A stretch of 64,000 nucleotides of DNA, taken from NCBI GenBank assembly GCA_965221165.1, contig CBDCRP010000003.1, positions 1 through 64,000 on the forward strand, read 5' to 3'. Origin of the DNA: a bacterium (GTDB lineage: Bacteria; UBA8248). Within the stretch, counting starts at the first letter, position 1; every line of letters starts with the position of its first letter. The notes beneath the pieces were generated by a model. That model was given only the letters and a program-made list of their open reading frames with translations. It was not told the origin of the DNA and searched no databases. The position numbers and the translations under genes were made by a program. Of this stretch, positions 59,693 through 64,000 are shown piece by piece.

Positions 59693-59750
59693 GTTTACCT
59701 TGCCTTGGGCGCGATAGAGTTGATTTAAGGGGCGGATCAAACCTGAAAAA

Positions 59751-59780
59751 TTCGATAAATATCGATAAAATACGATAAAT
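59751..59780 (+). repeat. Three tandem 10-bp direct repeats (WWCGATAAAW)
   Basis: TTCGATAAAT ATCGATAAAA TACGATAAAT upstream of the crotonase gene. Confidence 0.65.
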
Positions 59781-59844
59781 TAGCGGGGTTTTTCCGTAAA
59801 TTTATTTTGGTGAATACAGACTTGAGGAATAGGACGATAAACCA

Positions 59845-60627
59845 TTGAATTATAACAATTTGATATATGAAACGGACGGGCCGATCGCCATTTGCACGTT
59901 CAACCGTCCTAAAGCATTAAATGCTTTGAATACAGAGACGATGGATGAGTTTTCTCATGTGATATCTACTTTTAAAGATGATAATGGTCTGAAAATATTG
60001 ATATTAACGGGTTCAGGTGATCGGGCTTTCATCGCAGGGGCGGACATCAAGGGCATGGTGGGCCGAAGTCCACTCAGCGCAAAGTGGCTCTCGGAACACG
60101 GTACGAAAATCTTGAGAAACCTGGAAACCATTGGAAAACCTTCGATTGCGGCGGTGAACGGATTCGCCCTGGGGGGCGGCTGCGAGGTGGCGATGGCATG
60201 CTCCATTCGGTTGGCGTCGACGAACGCGCTCTTCGGCCAGCCGGAGATAAATCTGGGGATTATCCCCGGCTACGGCGCTACCCAACGACTTCCTCGGCTC
60301 GTCGGAGCGGGGAGGGCCCTTGAGATTATGATGACTGGTGATCCGGTAAACGCTGAGGAAGCCCACCGCATCGGCTTGGTGAATAAGGTTTGCGAGCCGG
60401 ACGCCCTGATGGATGAGGCGAAAGCGCTGGCTGGAAAGCTGGCGTCCAAGAGCAAACCTGCTATTGAACTGATTTTACAGGCCGTTCACGGTGGACTGGA
60501 GGGCGGCCTCGAGGAAGGTCTGACACTCGAAACCGAGAAATTCGCCTTGGTGAACAGCACGGAAGATTCACAGGAAGGCCTCGGCGCATTCATCGAGAAA
60601 CGTCGCGCCGATTTCCAGGATCGCTAA
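59845..60627 (+). CDS. Enoyl-CoA hydratase (crotonase)
   Basis: NRPKALNALN, FIAGADI, GFALGGGCE, GQPEINLGIIPGYGATQRL (both catalytic Glu present). Confidence 0.95.
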   Translation: MNYNNLIYETDGPIAICTFNRPKALNALNTETMDEFSHVISTFKDDNGLKILILTGSGDRAFIAGADIKGMVGRSPLSAKWLSEHGTKILRNLETIGKPSIAAVNGFALGGGCEVAMACSIRLASTNALFGQPEINLGIIPGYGATQRLPRLVGAGRALEIMMTGDPVNAEEAHRIGLVNKVCEPDALMDEAKALAGKLASKSKPAIELILQAVHGGLEGGLEEGLTLETEKFALVNSTEDSQEGLGAFIEKRRADFQDR

Positions 60628-60651
60628 TCCCGCCTCACCGAAGGCTCATCC

Positions 60652-61116
60652 ATGAAACGGATAAAGCCATTAAAAATAAAAGGGAAGAAAGGCGGCCGCA
60701 TCTGGAAAGTATCTGCGCCAAAGGGCCGAAAGCAAGACGGCCCCGAACTCATCCCGATGCACAAGACGAAAAAAGAGCGCCGCCTGGATGAAATCCAGAG
60801 GTGGATGGACGAGAACCTGCCTCCCGCCGGCACGCCCGAGTGGGAAGCGCTCTGCACTGGCTGCGGAAAGTGTTGTTACGACAAGGTGTGGGAGGGAGAC
60901 AGGCTGCTCTTGTTGACGAGCTCATGCCCGCAACTCGAAGTCGAGACGAACCACTGCCGAGTCTATGCCGATCGATTCGAGAAAGAGCCGATGTGCATGC
61001 CGATTGGCCCTGAAATCATCGAAATGGGCGCTCTTCCCGAGGATTGCCCCTACGTCGAGAATCTTCTGGGATATCGAGGTCCCAAAGTCGTCGACAAGAG
61101 CCTGGAGGAGATGTAG
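60652..61116 (+). CDS. YcgN/YkgJ-like cysteine cluster protein
   Basis: WEALCTGCGKCC, C..L.....CRVYADRF...C, LPEDCPY. Confidence 0.85.
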   Translation: MKRIKPLKIKGKKGGRIWKVSAPKGRKQDGPELIPMHKTKKERRLDEIQRWMDENLPPAGTPEWEALCTGCGKCCYDKVWEGDRLLLLTSSCPQLEVETNHCRVYADRFEKEPMCMPIGPEIIEMGALPEDCPYVENLLGYRGPKVVDKSLEEM

Positions 61117-61472
61117 CCGTCCCCCGGAGACTCGATTCATTGCCGGCCCACGCGGTTTTAGGTGCCGGCTCCTCCGAATCCCTCTCATCTCGAATCGCTA
61201 TCCATGCCGTTTCGTTCGTTTCATAGCGCCTGAAGCTATCCTGAAAGACGCATTCCGTGCCATAATCATTACTCCATATACTGCCTGTTAGGAAATCCTT
61301 TGGCGGAATTCTTCATCCACATTCTGAGTCGTTGCAAACCCCCTTTATCGCTCTCAACTTCGTTTTTTGAAATCCGGTGCCGTCTAAGGCGGATTATCGA
61401 CAGTACCGTGCGTATCCGGGGTCTCATGATGGAAGCATGGGGGAAATGAGTTTTTCATAAAAGGTCGACGTT

Positions 61473-62360
61473 TTGCTTGATGGCATTCATCCCAACATTT
61501 TAGCGCTCAGCTGCGCCACGCTCATCGCCTTCGCCCGTGTTTCGCAGCGCTATGCGATTCCGCGCATGAAAATGCACACGGCCAATCTGATTATGGCATG
61601 TGTGACGACCACTCTCGGTTGGTTTTTCTACTGGATGGAGGGTCCGCTCGATCAGATCCCCTACCAGGGTATTTTCTGGTTCATGGCCATGGGATTTTTC
61701 GGGAGTTTTTTAGGTAGATACATCAATTTCATCGCCATCCGCTATGCCGGTCTCGCGCGTGCGGCGGTGATGAACCAGACCGTTCTGGTGTGGTCGTCGG
61801 TTCTGGCCGTTTTTATACTGGGCGAACACATGTCGCTTCAGAAGGCGGGCGGAATTCTGGGCGTCATGTGCGGGGCGAGCCTGCTCGTCTACAACCCCAA
61901 GGGAGACATTGGACGCAGGATACCGCTTCATTATTATGCGATCCCCATCGCGTCCGCGCTGATGTACGCATTCGCGCATCTGGTGGGGAAGTTCGCGTTC
62001 GAGTGGATTTCCTCCTCCGCTTTCGGGATGGCGATAGCCAACTCGACATCGCTCACGCTCTTGCTGGGAATGTTGCCCTTCGCGCAAGGGCAAACAAACC
62101 CGGGCGCAGGCGGCGATAACAAAGGCCTTCTGGTCCTTCTCCTGGGCGCCGCACTGCAGGGGTGCGGTATTTTCTTCTTCTGGTCCTCGTTGAAACTCGG
62201 CGAGATCACCCGCGTGATTCCCTTAACCCGCCTGTCCGTCTTGTTGATCATCTTTCTGTCCTGGCTGTTGTTCCGGCAGCAGGAAAACGTGACATGGCGC
62301 GTCGTCCTGGGCGCGTTGATTGCTCTTGCGGGCGCTTTCTTTACCGTAACGGGAAGATAA
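61473..62360 (+). CDS. DMT/EamA-family transporter
   Basis: AIRYAGLARA, ILGEH, VIPLTRLSV, QENVTWR; about 10 TM helices. Confidence 0.88.
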   Translation: MLDGIHPNILALSCATLIAFARVSQRYAIPRMKMHTANLIMACVTTTLGWFFYWMEGPLDQIPYQGIFWFMAMGFFGSFLGRYINFIAIRYAGLARAAVMNQTVLVWSSVLAVFILGEHMSLQKAGGILGVMCGASLLVYNPKGDIGRRIPLHYYAIPIASALMYAFAHLVGKFAFEWISSSAFGMAIANSTSLTLLLGMLPFAQGQTNPGAGGDNKGLLVLLLGAALQGCGIFFFWSSLKLGEITRVIPLTRLSVLLIIFLSWLLFRQQENVTWRVVLGALIALAGAFFTVTGR

Positions 62361-62363
62361 GCG

Positions 62364-63242
62364 TTGGTCGATTCCATCCATCCCAATATCCTGGCTCTCA
62401 TCGCCGCTTGTTTTATCGCCTCCGCCCGCACTCTTTACCGCGCCGGCGTGGCGCGCCTGAGCCTGGTTGTGATGAACGTCATCATGGCTCCCGTGCAAGT
62501 GTGTTTCGGCACTGTTTTTTACTTCCTGGAAGGCGGTGTGGCGGATTGGCCGCTCGGAGGCCTGCTCAGGTTCGCCGCCATGGGTGTTTCCGGCTCGCTT
62601 ATCGGCCGTTATTTGAGCCTCGTGGGCATGAAGCTGGTGGGATTGGCGCGTTCCTCGATCGTCACTCAAACGAGTCTCGTGTGGGCGTCGTTGTTTGCGG
62701 TGGTTTTCGCAGGGGAGCAGATGACGTGGATCATCGCGGTCGGGACGCTGGCCATCATGATGGGCTCGATTCTTCTTGTTTATGAAAAAGGCGATATCCA
62801 AAAGCGCATCCCGCTTACTGCTATATCTTCCCTTTGGGGACCGCTGTTTTGTTTGCGATGACGCACCTGTTCGGCAAGTTTGGGCTGCAGCTCATCAAAT
62901 CCGCCTCCTTCGGTATGACGGTCGGCAGCATGATGGCGTTTTGTTTCATGATGATTGTCCTGCCTTTCTCCGTCGAGGGAAGAGCACCCAAATCCTGGGA
63001 TAAAAAGGGAGTCGTGGCCGTTTTAGGCGGCGCATGTCTGAACGCCATAGCGGCCTTTTTCTTCTGGTCATCCATCAAAACGGGGACATCGTTCAACTCA
63101 TTCCTCTCAACCGCTTCTCGGTGTTGCTCATCATTTTCCTGTCCTGGGTGTTTTCAGAAAACAAGAGGCGGTGGGCTGGCGTGTCGTCATCGGCGGTTTC
63201 TTGTTCGTCCTGGGAGCCGTTGGGGTTGTTTTGGGCAAATAG
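62364..63242 (+). pseudogene. EamA paralog broken by three single-base deletions (pseudogene or assembly error)
   Basis: Colinear with the upstream paralog when the frame is switched near 62814, 63078 and 63153; ends ...AVGVVLGK-TAG at 63242. Confidence 0.75.
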
Positions 63243-63365
63243 ATTTAAGGAAAAGGTCGCCCGCCCGGGCGGAGCAATTCAATTTTGCTCGTCTCGCGTC
63301 CCAAATGCTGATAAAGTGAGAGCACAAAACAGGTTTCGGGTATTCATATGTATGAGAGGAACACT

Positions 63366-64000
63366 ATGCTGGAAGTCGGTATCATCGTCGCGTTGACGCT
63401 CAAGGGCACGTATATCGGCGTCTATGAAAAGTTGAGAGAAATCGCCCGGGAGGCGGAGAGAATCGGCATTGATTCGCTTTGGCATTGCGATCATTTCGTG
63501 ACGCTCGATCCCGCTTCCTATGGGAACCAGACGGGCTTCGGCGCTCAGGATGAGAAAGAACAATCCGCCGACACTGCGATTCTCGAGCCCTGGACGACCC
63601 TGGCCGCCCTCGCGCGCGACACAGAAACCCTGCGGCTGGGTACATTGGTGACGTGCGTGGGATATCGGCCGCCGGCCATGCTGGCGAAGACGGCTGCGAC
63701 GGTAGACGTGATCAGCAAAGGCCGCGTGGATTTCGGGATTGGAGCCGGCTGGATCGAAAATGAATACCATTCTTTCGGGTATCCATATCCGAGCGCTTCC
63801 GTACGGATAAAACAACTCGAAGAGGCCATTCAGTTGATACGCGGGATGTGGACCGAACCCGCCCCCCATTTCGAAGGAGGGTATTTTCAAATTCAAAACG
63901 GCGTTTGCGACCCGCCTCCTGCTCAAAAACCGCACCCGCCGATATGGACGGGAGGTGAGGGCGATAAACTGCTCGGCGTTTCGGCCCGTCAGGCGGATGG
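63366..64000 (+). CDS. LLM-class (possibly F420-dependent) oxidoreductase, truncated by the window end
   Basis: Translated by hand: MLEVGII...LWHCDHF...LEPWTTLAALA...LRLGTLVT...LAKTAATVDVISKGRVDFGIGAGW...PHPPIWTGGEG; open to the end; GAGGA RBS. Confidence 0.9.
   Translation, partial: MLEVGIIVALTLKGTYIGVYEKLREIAREAERIGIDSLWHCDHFVTLDPASYGNQTGFGAQDEKEQSADTAILEPWTTLAALARDTETLRLGTLVTCVGYRPPAMLAKTAATVDVISKGRVDFGIGAGWIENEYHSFGYPYPSASVRIKQLEEAIQLIRGMWTEPAPHFEGGYFQIQNGVCDPPPAQKPHPPIWTGGEGDKLLGVSARQAD

Noticed and set aside
1-64000. CRISPR array, prophage, IS element or rRNA
   Set aside because: No regularly spaced repeats and no integrase, transposase, phage structural or rRNA signatures were seen.

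Overview
GC-rich bacterial chromosomal window that is mostly metabolic, with no rRNA, intact tRNA, CRISPR array, integrase or transposase. Scattered single-base indels suggest a long-read or MAG assembly. In order: an SDR, GTAG-type REP palindromes and three EamA transporters; a two-subunit NAD-linked formate dehydrogenase; a 13.5-kb MoxR/vWA envelope operon; and an unexplained catabolic cluster (Tm-1-like pair, orphan SdhA-like flavoprotein, UbiX, GatC/AtzG-like peptide, split FdrA, amidase, VOC). Next come LLM/cupin/SDR genes, a tandem-domain rhodanese, xanthine-dehydrogenase-family L and M subunits, a DcaP-like porin, PlsC, ClC, a class II-like phosphodiesterase, pyrD-pyrK and ccsA-hemA-hemC-hemD-hemB. 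The window ends with a small-protein plus ADP-ribosyltransferase-like gene pair, thiolase, crotonase, two more EamA genes and a partial LLM gene. The strongest leads are (1) the rhodanese, whose catalytic codon is an in-frame UGA followed by a clean SECIS-like hairpin, making it a probable selenoprotein missed by the ORF track; (2) the two-gene ART-like cassette after hemB, a candidate toxin-antitoxin or anti-phage system; and (3) the Tm-1/UbiX/FdrA/amidase pathway. Family calls come from motif recognition by eye; no searches were run.
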